In this document: one piece after another, positions 55,716 through 64,000 of the stretch
How the letters are laid out: each line of letters starts with the position of its first letter
Numbering within the stretch: position 1 is the first letter of the stretch
Assembly (NCBI GenBank): GCA_026707585.1
Contig: JAPOWQ010000069.1
Coordinates: 2,035-66,034 of the forward strand
DNA: 64,000 bases
Reading direction: 5' to 3'
Source of the DNA: Chloroflexota bacterium
Lineage (GTDB): Bacteria; Chloroflexota; UBA11872
Notes under the pieces: model-generated
The model's database searches: none
What the model was told of the DNA's origin: nothing
Seen by the model: only the letters and a program-made list of their open reading frames with translations
Position numbers and translations under genes: made by a program

Positions 55716-56905
55716 CTCGCGACGCGGTTGCCTCGGCGACTGAATGCATCAGGCGGGGCGGCATTGTGGCGGTCGTCGACGACGGCCTGGCGCAGCCGGA
55801 TCTGGACGTTGTGGCAGCCGGTGAGAACCTCCGAGCCGAGACATGGGACCGCCTGCGCGACCTGGGCAACGGCCGGATTTACGCCCCTTCCGCCGCACGG
55901 CGGCTCGACGAACTTGGGCTGTCCGAACAGCCGCCGGGTCCAGAAGACCCCCTGGCGCGCCGACCGGCGCTCGCTGCCTCGGTAGGGCTGGCCGACGCTT
56001 CCGTTGCAGCAGGCGATGAGCAGGCGGTCGCCGTCGTTCGGGCCCTGGCGTCCAATCGCAATGGCGCGGCTTTCCGCTCCCCCGGTCCGGTTACGCCGAT
56101 CCGGGCACGCGAGGGCGGCGTGCTCCGCCGCCTCGGCCATACCGAGGCCGCCGTCGATCTGGCCGTGCTGGCGGGACTCGCGCCCGTGGCGGTGCTTTCG
56201 CACGTCGACACGCCGGACGCCGCAGCCTTCGAGGAACCCTGGCTGCCCTCGACGTCGAGCGATTCACCCATCCCCGTGGTACACATCAGCCAAATCGTCC
56301 ACCACCGGCGAGCCAACGAGCGCGTCGTCTATCAAGTTGCCGCGGCTGAATTGCCGACTTCCCACGGGGCCTACCAGGCTGTGGCCTTTCATGACACGAC
56401 GACCGGGGAAGACCACGTGGCGTTGACGCTGGGCGAACTGAGTGGCGACTCGCCGCCGCTGGTTCGGGTGCACTCGGAGTGCCTGACCGGCGACGTGTTC
56501 GGCTCGATGCGCTGCGATTGCGGCGACCAACTGAACGCGGCCCTGGCGCGAATTGCCGACGAGGGCCGCGGCGTGGTGCTCTATATGCGGCAGGAAGGCC
56601 GTGGCATCGGACTGGCGAACAAGCTGCGGACCTACGAACTGCAAGACCGGGGGCTGGACACCGTGGATGCCAACCGACACCTGGGATTCGCCGCCGACCT
56701 GCGCGACTACGGCGTGGGCGCGCAGATCCTCCGCGAGCTTGGGATCACCGACCTGCGCCTGCTTACCAACAACCCCAAGAAAACTGCGGGCTTCCGCGCC
56801 TACGGACTGAAAGTTGTGGAGCAGTTGGGGCTGGCGGTAGAGCCGGGCGCGCATAACCGCCGATATCTGGAGACCAAACGCGAACGAATGGGGCACGAGC
56901 TATGA
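55712..56905 (+). CDS. ribBA: Bifunctional 3,4-dihydroxy-2-butanone-4-phosphate synthase / GTP cyclohydrolase II
   Basis: The C-terminal VRVHSECLTGDVFGSMRCDCGDQL...LYMRQEGRGIGL is GTP cyclohydrolase II. The N-terminal half is DHBP-synthase-like. It has a 4-nt overlap with ribE. Confidence 0.85.
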   Translation: MTRDAVASATECIRRGGIVAVVDDGLAQPDLDVVAAGENLRAETWDRLRDLGNGRIYAPSAARRLDELGLSEQPPGPEDPLARRPALAASVGLADASVAAGDEQAVAVVRALASNRNGAAFRSPGPVTPIRAREGGVLRRLGHTEAAVDLAVLAGLAPVAVLSHVDTPDAAAFEEPWLPSTSSDSPIPVVHISQIVHHRRANERVVYQVAAAELPTSHGAYQAVAFHDTTTGEDHVALTLGELSGDSPPLVRVHSECLTGDVFGSMRCDCGDQLNAALARIADEGRGVVLYMRQEGRGIGLANKLRTYELQDRGLDTVDANRHLGFAADLRDYGVGAQILRELGITDLRLLTNNPKKTAGFRAYGLKVVEQLGLAVEPGAHNRRYLETKRERMGHEL

Positions 56906-57393
56906 GCGAACGAGCAGACGAAGCGCGAGTGATCGATCCGCCGCTGGACGGCGAGGGGTTGCGTGTCGGCATCGCGGCCGCGCGCTTCAACGAGTTCTTC
57001 GTCGGGCACCTGCTGGAGGCCTGCCAGCGCGAACTGCGGCGGCATGGCGTAGCCGAGGGAGACCAGACGATCGCCTGGGTCCCCGGCTCGTTTGAGCTTC
57101 CGGTAGCGGCCCGTGACCTGATCGACGCCGAAAAGCCCGACGTCGTGATCTGCCTCGGCTGCATCATCCGCGGCGAGACCACCCACTACGACCACGTGGC
57201 CCAGGAATCGGCGCGGGGAATCGCGCAGGTGGCGCTGAACTCGAAGACGCCGGTGATCTACGGGATCGTGACCGCGGAAACGGTGGAGCAGGCCATCAAC
57301 CGCTGCGGCGGCAAGTTCGGCAACCGCGGTGGGGACGCGGCCCTGGCGGCTATCGCCATGGCTCGCAGCCTGGAGCAGATTCGCGGGGTCTAG
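56902..57393 (+). CDS. ribH: 6,7-dimethyl-8-ribityllumazine synthase
   Basis: RVGIAAARFNEFF...WVPGSFELP...G.IIRGETTHYD is the lumazine synthase signature. It has an ATGA overlap with ribBA. Confidence 0.9.
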   Translation: MSERADEARVIDPPLDGEGLRVGIAAARFNEFFVGHLLEACQRELRRHGVAEGDQTIAWVPGSFELPVAARDLIDAEKPDVVICLGCIIRGETTHYDHVAQESARGIAQVALNSKTPVIYGIVTAETVEQAINRCGGKFGNRGGDAALAAIAMARSLEQIRGV

Positions 57394-58559
57394 CTCGGAA
57401 AGTCCTCGAAGGCCTGCGCGGCGGCCTGGATATCGGTGGCGTCGTTGAAGGCGTGGAATGAGAGGCGCACGGCAGAGTAGCCGTCGGCGGCGCGGCAGAG
57501 GATGCGGTGCGCATGCAGGCAGTGCTCCGCCAGCGCCATGCCGTCGGCGCCTTCGAGGCCCACCGTAAAGATGCCTGAACGCGCGTCACCTTGCTCGGGC
57601 GTGCGAATGCTGGCGCCGGGAAGATCGCTGAAGACGGCGCGAGCTTCGGCCGCCAGCTCGGCGCCGCGCTGCTGGACCGCCTCCATACCCAGGTCGCTCA
57701 GAATCTTGATCGAGGCGCGCCAGGCGGCGTAGAGGGCGTAGGGGCGGGCGCCGAATTCATAGCGCTGGGCGTTGTCGTGTAAATGGGCCTCGCCCGGCGG
57801 GAAGCTTGACTGGGATACCGCGCCGGCGCCGCTGCCCCAGGGGCGCAGGCGCTCCTGCGCGTCGCGCCGAACGTACATGGCGCCGACACCGTAGGGGCCC
57901 ATGCTCCACTTGAAGGCGGGGAAGGCGTACACGTCGCAGCCAAGCTGCTGCATGTCCGTCGGTCGCGCACCAAATGACTGGGCGGCGTCCACTACGGTCA
58001 CCACGCCGTGCTCGCGAGCCAGTGCCGAAACCCTGTCGACCGGCAGCACGATGCCGCGTTCGGTGGTCACGTGGCTCAGGCAGAACGCGCGAGTGTTGGG
58101 GGTCATCGCCGCTTCCACGTCGCGGACGAACGCATCGTCGTTGCCGTCGGCTTCGATGGCGACGATCTCCAGGCCAAGCCGGTCCCGCAGCGTCAGCCAG
58201 GCCAGGTAGCCGCTGGGGTGTTCGGCGGCGGTGAGGATCACGCGGTCGCCGCGCTGTAAATCAAGGGCGGCGGCGACGAAGGAGACGGCCTCGGAGACGG
58301 CGCGGATAAGTGCAATCTCGTCGGAGTCGGCGTTGAGCATGGCGGCGATCTCGCCGCGCAGGGCAGCAATCTCCTCGTTGTAGATCTCGCGCAGGTCGGG
58401 GTTGGTAGTGGTCATCACCGCTTCGCGGTCGTACCAGGATTGCTGGAGATCAAGCGTGGCCTGCGGGGTCGGGGCCACGCCGCCGGAGTTGAGGCAGTGG
58501 TAGTGGCGGATGGCCGGGATGGCCTCACGCAGGTCGGCGAGAACGCTGGGGTCAGCCAT
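57390..58559 (-). CDS. Class V aminotransferase-fold PLP enzyme (cysteine desulfurase / epimerase-like)
   Basis: 389 aa. It has the typical class V layout, with FCLSHVTTERG and a FKW..GP.G segment (candidate PLP lysine in AFKWSMGPYG). Confidence 0.7.
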   Translation of the reverse strand: MADPSVLADLREAIPAIRHYHCLNSGGVAPTPQATLDLQQSWYDREAVMTTTNPDLREIYNEEIAALRGEIAAMLNADSDEIALIRAVSEAVSFVAAALDLQRGDRVILTAAEHPSGYLAWLTLRDRLGLEIVAIEADGNDDAFVRDVEAAMTPNTRAFCLSHVTTERGIVLPVDRVSALAREHGVVTVVDAAQSFGARPTDMQQLGCDVYAFPAFKWSMGPYGVGAMYVRRDAQERLRPWGSGAGAVSQSSFPPGEAHLHDNAQRYEFGARPYALYAAWRASIKILSDLGMEAVQQRGAELAAEARAVFSDLPGASIRTPEQGDARSGIFTVGLEGADGMALAEHCLHAHRILCRAADGYSAVRLSFHAFNDATDIQAAAQAFEDFPS

Positions 58560-59637
58560 GGGTCGGGGGTACGTCGACCCAGCGGCGGGTCCGGGCGGCT
58601 TCGAGGGCGCTGTCGATGACTTCCTGGGTGCGCAGGCCGTCCATGAGCGTGGGCGGCACGTCGCGGTCCTCGCGGATGGAGTCCACGAAGCCGCGCATCA
58701 TGCGCTCGCCGAAGAAGGCCAGGATGCCGGCGTGGTCGGCATCGTCCAGGGGCAGACCGGGGTCAACGAGTTCGGGCTCCTGACCCACCCGGTTGATCGT
58801 GGCCTGCAACACACAGTCGGTCAGTACACCGGCCTCGGTGCCGTTGATCAGGAAGCTGCTGCGGCCCAGCGGCAGGTGCGAGTCCACGGCGCCGACGCGG
58901 CTGGTGGAAATCGTGCCGTGGGCGCCGCTGGCGAAGCGGACGCTGAGCACTGCATCGTCATCCAGCGTGAGCGGTACCTCGGCGCCGGTCTCGGGATCCA
59001 GGGCGTGGGGCCTTACGGTGTTCAGGTCGGCGGCCACGGCGGTGATCGGACCTGCCAGGAATTGGGCCAGGTCAATCATGTGGCTGCCAAGGTCGCCCAG
59101 GACACCGCTGCGACCACGGGTTGGGTCGTAGCGCCATTCCATGACTGGCACGTCGCCCAGCAGGCGTCGATTGAAACGCTGGCAGTGGACGCTGACGAGC
59201 TGGCCCAGTTCGCCGGCCTGGACCATGGCGGAAATGCGCTCGATCAGGGGATTCCAGCGCAGGGTGAAGCCGACGCCGGTTCGGACGCCGGCGGACATGG
59301 CGGCCATGTACATCTCACGGGCCTGCATGGCGTCGAGGGATATTGGCTTCTCGACGAAGACGTGCTTGCCGGCCTGGATGCAGGCCATGGTCTGTGCGTA
59401 GTGCTGGTCGTCGGGTGAGGTGATGACTACGGCGTCGACGGACGGGTCGGCGAGCAGGGCGTGCTCGTCGGGATAGACGGACGGAACGCCGTGGGCGGCG
59501 GCGACGGCGGAGGCGCGTCGTTGGTTGGGTCCCGCGATGGCGGTGACGCGGGCGTTGGGAACCTGGCCGAGGCCGGAGAGGTGGGCGGCGGCCATGAAGC
59601 CGTAGCCGACCATGCCCACGCCAACGGTCTCAGGCAC
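58552..59637 (-). CDS. Gfo/Idh/MocA-family NAD(P)-dependent oxidoreductase
   Basis: VGVGMVGYGFMAAAH is the Rossmann motif, followed by EKP (VFVEKPISL). The GTG at 59637 gives an 8-nt overlap with the upstream gene, but the start is uncertain. Confidence 0.75.
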   Translation of the reverse strand: MPETVGVGMVGYGFMAAAHLSGLGQVPNARVTAIAGPNQRRASAVAAAHGVPSVYPDEHALLADPSVDAVVITSPDDQHYAQTMACIQAGKHVFVEKPISLDAMQAREMYMAAMSAGVRTGVGFTLRWNPLIERISAMVQAGELGQLVSVHCQRFNRRLLGDVPVMEWRYDPTRGRSGVLGDLGSHMIDLAQFLAGPITAVAADLNTVRPHALDPETGAEVPLTLDDDAVLSVRFASGAHGTISTSRVGAVDSHLPLGRSSFLINGTEAGVLTDCVLQATINRVGQEPELVDPGLPLDDADHAGILAFFGERMMRGFVDSIREDRDVPPTLMDGLRTQEVIDSALEAARTRRWVDVPPTHG

Positions 59638-60490
59638 CGGTGGACTCCCCAAAGGCGGCAGCGGCCACCGCCAGCATATGACGGCGGGCGCGTCCGAGTT
59701 CGACATCAATGGCGTCGGCGCCGGAAACGTCGACGCGTTCGTTGGTCAGGGTGCCGTTGAAACCGGCGGCGGCGAGTTTGGCGAGCACGGCCTGGTGGTC
59801 GATATCACCGTCGCCGGGGGTCCGGAAGACGGGGGCTGCGCGGGGACCGACGTGGTCTTTCATGATGAGCTGGCGGCAGAGGCCGGCGACGGGCTTGATG
59901 TCCTCCACCGGGTCCAGCCCCTCGTAGTAGTGGACGTTGCCGGTGTCGTAGCAGACGCCGACGGCGGGCGAGTTGAAGCGGTCGTGCAGCTCGCGGAGGG
60001 CGGCGCCGTGCTTGCCGACGCCGGTGTGCGGCTTGGGGAGGAGCAGGACGCCGGCGTCCTCGGCGGCGCGGACACCGGGCTCGAAGGCGGCGTAGAAGCC
60101 ATCCACTTCGGCCTGCCAGGCGGAGCCGGACTTGGGGCGGTCTGGGAAGCCATCGGCCGGGTATTCGTAGGGGCCCCAGCAGACGAGGGCGGGGACGCCG
60201 GATTCCGCGGCGAGCTCGATGGCCTTGAGAAAACGTTCGGGTTCGCCGGGGTCGGAGGTGACGCCGCCGTGAGACTTGTGGTCGACCTGGAGGCCAGCAT
60301 CGAGGGCCGGCTGGACGGCGGCGCGGGCCGCGGCGGCATCCGCGCCGTCGGGCCAGAGGGGGCCCTCGTCGTGGCGGTCGTAGAGGCCGACGTGGGTGAA
60401 GCCGGCGCGGGCGATGCCGGCGTAGGCGCGGCGGCGGGTGAGGCCGTCGCGGGCGTAGGGGATGGTGAGGGCGGCGAGGCGGTAGGGCAT
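59630..60490 (-). CDS. Sugar phosphate isomerase/epimerase (xylose-isomerase-like TIM barrel)
   Basis: From the ATG at 60490: MPYRLAALTIPYARDGL...GFTHVGLY...VCYDTGNVHYYEG...HLIMKD-like segments typical of AP endonuclease 2/TIM-barrel isomerases. Confidence 0.65.
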   Translation of the reverse strand: MPYRLAALTIPYARDGLTRRRAYAGIARAGFTHVGLYDRHDEGPLWPDGADAAAARAAVQPALDAGLQVDHKSHGGVTSDPGEPERFLKAIELAAESGVPALVCWGPYEYPADGFPDRPKSGSAWQAEVDGFYAAFEPGVRAAEDAGVLLLPKPHTGVGKHGAALRELHDRFNSPAVGVCYDTGNVHYYEGLDPVEDIKPVAGLCRQLIMKDHVGPRAAPVFRTPGDGDIDHQAVLAKLAAAGFNGTLTNERVDVSGADAIDVELGRARRHMLAVAAAAFGESTGA

Positions 60491-60577
60491 GGGCGTGCAT
60501 TGCTCCGGGGCGCGGCTTGGGTCAATCGTGCCGGTGTGGGGTGGGCTGTCAAACGGGGACGGCTGGAAGTGGGGACC

Positions 60578-60802
60578 TCGCGCGCAATAAGAGTTTTTTC
60601 CAAAAAACTCTTGAGGCGCGGCGGGGTGCATTTTGGCCGAGTTCGGGACGCGTCAGGGGAGGGCATGAATCCCGGTCTGCGCGGGTATGGCGGGTGGTGG
60701 AGTTGGGAGGGCAGGGGAGGGGCTCCGGGGGAGGGGTTGCGTTTGGTACATGGATAGTGTACACTGGGCGAGAACGAAGGGCAAGCGGTTGGCGGTCAGG
60801 GG
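60578..60802 (-). repeat. Bipartite promoter/palindrome cassette, copy B (module 2 at 60578-60637, G-rich spacer, module 1 at 60709-60802)
   Basis: It is the reverse complement of copy A, with only a few substitutions in the 94-bp and 60-bp modules. It contains the palindrome AAGAGTTTTTTCCAAAAAACTCTT (60589-60612) and the TTGCCC-17-TACACT promoter (minus strand, 60784-60756). Confidence 0.85.
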
Positions 60803-60908
60803 CAGACCGCCGGCACACCAAGGCGGGATCGGGTAGGCGGTTGTACTTGCAGGGGGGAGCGGGGCGCGTTGTAATTCGTTGGGCGGAATCGCGTGTGAGG
60901 GAAAGTTC

Positions 60909-62132
60909 ATGGCGCCGGCTGGGCTTGCGTGGCTTGACTATTCGGAGACCGACCAGCGACGGGCTAGGGAAATCATCAGGTTCATTACGCAGCCCGAGAG
61001 TCGCGACGAGCTGGGGCTCGGGCGGATCCGGGACGCGCTGAGCGACACGCTGTTTCCGGGAACCTCGTTCCTGCTCACGCGCGCCCGGTACCTGCTGTTC
61101 GTGCCCTGGCTGTATCGCGAGGGGGCGCGCCGGGGACACGGCGGCCCGAAGCTCACGCAGTGGGTCGAATGGAACGAACGGCAGCTCATCGGCGCACTGC
61201 ATCGCGGCGGAGATCGCGAGGGACTGATCGGCCGGTACGCGGGGGCCGCGGTTCGAATCCTCCCGTCGAGCGTTTACTGGCACAGCCTGCGGCGATTCGG
61301 CATCTTGCGGCGCGACGGAACGGAGGGCCAGGTCGCCGGTCTTCGCCAGATTGCGCGCCCGCAGGACGAAGCGACCGAATTCCTCGAACACTCGGACGCG
61401 GTGTGGGCGCCCTCGATTCCGGCGGCTCCAGGCGACTTCTTCACCTACGAGAGTTGCAACTTCGCCCTGACGCACGACGAGGCGACCTGGCTGGCCGAGC
61501 GGATCGTCGACGCGGTGCCCGAGAGCCTGCTCCAGTTCCTGGTGATGCGAGGGAAGCGCCACCCGGACAGCACCAGATATGCCTGGGAGGATCCCGAGGC
61601 TGTCGCATCGATAGGACCGGTCCGGGAGGCGCTGGACGAGGCTCGCCGGTTTTCCGTCGCGATGCATGGGGCCTCGTTGCTCTACAACCTGTTGCTGGCC
61701 GAACGGGCCGAGGAACTTGGTCTGGCCGGAAACGAGGGAAGACGTGACCGATACACGGCCCGGCTTGACGAGTGGCAGGAGGATTCTGAAGCAATCAACC
61801 CGGGGGCCTGGGATCTGAACCGGCTGTGGGCGCTCGTCGCTGTGCAGGGGAGGCCCGCCGCGCTGGCAACGCGCACCTTCGTGTCCGAGTGGGTCGACAT
61901 TGCGCACGGGAGCACGGGCACGCGGCTGGCGGACGACGGCAATGCGCGGGAGCTCATTCGGAGACGGGAACACCTGCAGAAGCGAGGCCAGGCGCGGCTC
62001 AGCAACGACAAGCTCATGCGGCAGTGGGGCGGCGCATCCGGATCCGGCCGCCTCACGTTCCGGTGGCCGGTCGTCAGGCGAATCCTGAATGAGATCGTGG
62101 AGGGAAAGGCGGACGGTCGTGCTGGCGCCTGA
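60909..62132 (+). CDS. Conserved hypothetical protein, first gene of the PLD-nuclease operon (I recall similar proteins labelled DUF6361; unverified)
   Basis: 407 aa from the ATG at 60909. LAWLDYSETDQRRAREIIRFITQPESRDELGLGRIRDALSDTLFPGTSFLLTRARYLLFVPWLY has no catalytic motif that I recognise. Its stop overlaps the next ORF. Confidence 0.6.
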   Translation: MAPAGLAWLDYSETDQRRAREIIRFITQPESRDELGLGRIRDALSDTLFPGTSFLLTRARYLLFVPWLYREGARRGHGGPKLTQWVEWNERQLIGALHRGGDREGLIGRYAGAAVRILPSSVYWHSLRRFGILRRDGTEGQVAGLRQIARPQDEATEFLEHSDAVWAPSIPAAPGDFFTYESCNFALTHDEATWLAERIVDAVPESLLQFLVMRGKRHPDSTRYAWEDPEAVASIGPVREALDEARRFSVAMHGASLLYNLLLAERAEELGLAGNEGRRDRYTARLDEWQEDSEAINPGAWDLNRLWALVAVQGRPAALATRTFVSEWVDIAHGSTGTRLADDGNARELIRRREHLQKRGQARLSNDKLMRQWGGASGSGRLTFRWPVVRRILNEIVEGKADGRAGA

Positions 62133-63921
62133 CAGCCGGGCGCTGCTGCTCGACGCGCTGCGACCGCCCGCGGGCTACTCGCTGGACCGGGCCGTCGCGA
62201 CGACGTTTACGCTCGATCTGGAAACGGCTCTGACGGTTCCCCTGGCGTTCGCCGGTTTTCGATTGGAGGAACAGCCCGATCCCATCGAGGTGATGCAGTC
62301 ACTGCGCGGGATGAGCGAACGGCTGGATATTTTCTGCCAGGCCGGCGCGATTGGCGCCAGCCGGTGGCCATCAGATCTGCTGGCGCTGCTCGAAGACGTG
62401 GTCCACCCGGTTCGGCGCCCCAGGCCGGGCCACATCTTCCATCCGAAGACCTGGGTGCTGCGATTCCGCGGCGAAGCCCAGGAACTCTCGTATCGACTGC
62501 TGGTGCTCTCCCGAAATCTCACCGCCGATCGCAGCTGGGACACGATTCTCTGGCTCGATGGCAGGCGTGCGGGACGGATCAACCACGGTAATGCGCCGTT
62601 GGTTCGATTTGTTCGCGCGCTGCGCGGGCTGGCCGTGACGCCGTTGTCTCAAGGCCGTCACGCGGTCTTGACCGAGCTTGCCGAGGAGTTGCGGCGGGTC
62701 GAGTGGGAGTTGCCGAACGGCGTTCGCGAGGTGCGTTTCCATCCGATCGGACTCCGGTATTCGCGCCGGTTTCCCGTCGAGGAGCACTTTCGCGGGTATC
62801 GAAAGCTGGTGATTTCACCATTCGTCCGCAAAGGCGCGATTCGGCGGATCTTCCAGCGACGGGCCGGCCATACGGAAGTGCTCATCTCGCGTGGCACGGA
62901 GCTAGAGACGCTGCCGACGGACGTTCTGGACAACGTGGACGTCTTCGAACTCGATCCGACAGCGAGCCTCGCCGGCGATTTCGACGACGGAGAGACGAAC
63001 CAGAGCTTCCTGACGCAGCTGCACGCCAAGGTCTTTGCGGTCGAGCGCGACAAGCGCGCGCATCTCTTCGTGGGCTCGGCCAATGCGACGGACGCGGGAT
63101 TGAGCCAGAACGTCGAGTTCCTCTGTGAGCTCGTCGGTGCGGCAAAGACGCTTGGGGTCGACGCGCTGGTGGGCGAAGACGCGCCGCTGCGGGCCATGTT
63201 GACGCCGTATGAACCCTCGACGGGGCCACCAGACAACGGCAACGGCGCGGACAGCCGAGCGCTGGACGATCTACTTCTCGACATTGCGGGGGGAGTGCGC
63301 TTCCAGACAGCCGTCAGGAAGGCAACCGAGGGCTGGGTCGCTCGCATAACGTCCGACTCAGCGCCGCGGCGCATCCCCGATGGGGCCTGCGTCACGATCG
63401 CGCCCCACAACCGTCCGGATGAGACTTTTCCCCTCAGTCAACAAGATCCCGTTGACGCCTGTCTGCCGCCCCGTGAACTCGCGGATATCACGGCATTTCT
63501 GCGGCTCACGGCGAGCCGGAGGGTCAAGGGGACGTTGCTGAAGCGCTCGACGGTCGTCTGCTCGCAACTCGAGGGATCGCCCGACGACCGCTTTCGCCAA
63601 ATCCTGGCGCGGCAGATCGACACGCCGGAGAAGTTCCTGCGGCTGCTCGCGCTGCTTATCGGCTTCGCGTCCGGAATCGGCGCCGATGTCAGCGCGACCG
63701 GCGGCGGGTCGGCAAGCTGGTCGGGAGGTCCCGGGCAAGGCGTCCTGGAGCTGCTGGCGCGCGCCCTGGCGGAGAATCCCGAGTCCATCGATCACCTGGA
63801 CGAGATCATTGAGCACCTGAGGCAGTCACCCCACGCGCCAGAGATCCTGCCGCAGGGTTGGGACGACGTGTGGCTGCCGGTGCTGGAGGCGCGGCGCGCG
63901 ATGCGCGGGGACGCTTCGTGA
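62089..63921 (+). CDS. Phospholipase-D-superfamily nuclease with two HKD motifs
   Basis: HKD 1 is FH118PK120TWVLRF...LVLS141RN143. HKD 2 is LH312AK314VFAVERDKRAHLFVG329SAN332ATDAG. The start is the ATG at 62089 or the GTG at 62119, and both overlap the upstream gene. Its stop overlaps the next start (GTGA). Confidence 0.8.
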   Translation: MRSWRERRTVVLAPDSRALLLDALRPPAGYSLDRAVATTFTLDLETALTVPLAFAGFRLEEQPDPIEVMQSLRGMSERLDIFCQAGAIGASRWPSDLLALLEDVVHPVRRPRPGHIFHPKTWVLRFRGEAQELSYRLLVLSRNLTADRSWDTILWLDGRRAGRINHGNAPLVRFVRALRGLAVTPLSQGRHAVLTELAEELRRVEWELPNGVREVRFHPIGLRYSRRFPVEEHFRGYRKLVISPFVRKGAIRRIFQRRAGHTEVLISRGTELETLPTDVLDNVDVFELDPTASLAGDFDDGETNQSFLTQLHAKVFAVERDKRAHLFVGSANATDAGLSQNVEFLCELVGAAKTLGVDALVGEDAPLRAMLTPYEPSTGPPDNGNGADSRALDDLLLDIAGGVRFQTAVRKATEGWVARITSDSAPRRIPDGACVTIAPHNRPDETFPLSQQDPVDACLPPRELADITAFLRLTASRRVKGTLLKRSTVVCSQLEGSPDDRFRQILARQIDTPEKFLRLLALLIGFASGIGADVSATGGGSASWSGGPGQGVLELLARALAENPESIDHLDEIIEHLRQSPHAPEILPQGWDDVWLPVLEARRAMRGDAS

Positions 63922-64000
63922 CTGACACGACCCCCGGGGGCCAGAAACTCGGGCTCAGCGACTTTCAGCGAGCGACGGCGAAGCACGCATTTCAGCGGCT
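63918..64000 (+). CDS. 5' end of a third, translationally coupled ORF (truncated by window end)
   Basis: The GTG at 63918 overlaps the PLD stop (GTGA). It reads VTDTTPGGQKLGLSDFQRATAKHAFQR.. and stays open to base 64000. Its identity cannot be determined from 27 codons. Confidence 0.5.
   Translation, partial: MTDTTPGGQKLGLSDFQRATAKHAFQR

Noticed and set aside
23455-60802. I considered whether the 37-kb block between the inverted cassette copies is a composite transposon, prophage or integrative element.
   Set aside because: The interior encodes coaE, the riboflavin operon with its riboswitch, tRNA-Sec and ordinary catabolic genes at genome-typical GC. It has no integrase, transposase, or phage structural or conjugation genes.
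59612-61973. ORFs 59612-60757 (+, 381 aa), 59805-60500 (-), 59860-60666 (-) and 60549-61973 (-, 474 aa).
   Set aside because: They are antisense or out of frame to the isomerase gene and to the first gene of the PLD operon, and they read through cassette copy B. Their composition is Gly/Ala-, Arg/Pro- or Pro/Ser-rich.

Overview
High-GC bacterial chromosomal segment. Spot counts on single 60-nt lines give 68-77% GC outside one island. The Tat/lipobox solute-binding proteins with VxKVVTQEV-type tethers and the many GGAGAGGG-type hairpin repeats suggest a Chloroflexota/Thermomicrobia-like organism, but this is inference only.

Left to right:
- 1-3785: a very large secreted RCC1-repeat protein. 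It runs off the window, so it is absent from the ORF track.
- 4.07-4.68 kb: a HigBA toxin-antitoxin pair.
- 5-9.8 kb: glycan-degrading enzymes (GH29 fucosidase, GH78-like rhamnosidase).
- Two pcm paralogues, a fused membrane/spermidine-synthase-like protein, and three clusters of hairpin (REP/MITE-like) repeats.
- 16.65-23.28 kb: a low-GC defence island. It holds a DUF262 / DUF3696-type ABC ATPase / unknown-protein operon, convergent with a 1131-aa fused PD-ExK nuclease + gamma-class N6-adenine methyltransferase.
- About 24-60.5 kb: a roughly 37-kb mostly housekeeping and carbohydrate-utilisation block. It contains a CE7 esterase, a second GH29, a DUF1365/FAD-oxidase/CFA-synthase-like/DUF1295/DUF4345 lipid-modification operon, a decayed ABC transporter, two solute-binding proteins, tandem duplicated beta-propeller hydrolases, three BNR sialidase-like paralogues, tRNA-Sec, MarR, coaE, an FMN riboswitch with ribD-ribE-ribBA-ribH, and a sugar-modifying trio.
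- 60.9-64.0 kb: a translationally coupled operon of an unknown 407-aa protein, a two-HKD PLD-family nuclease and a third gene cut off by the window end. This is a second candidate defence system.

The 37-kb block is bracketed by two inverted copies of a bipartite promoter-plus-AT-rich-palindrome cassette. Each copy has a defence locus on its outer side.

I saw no integrase, transposase, CRISPR array or rRNA. All family names come from motif recognition by eye. No database search was run.
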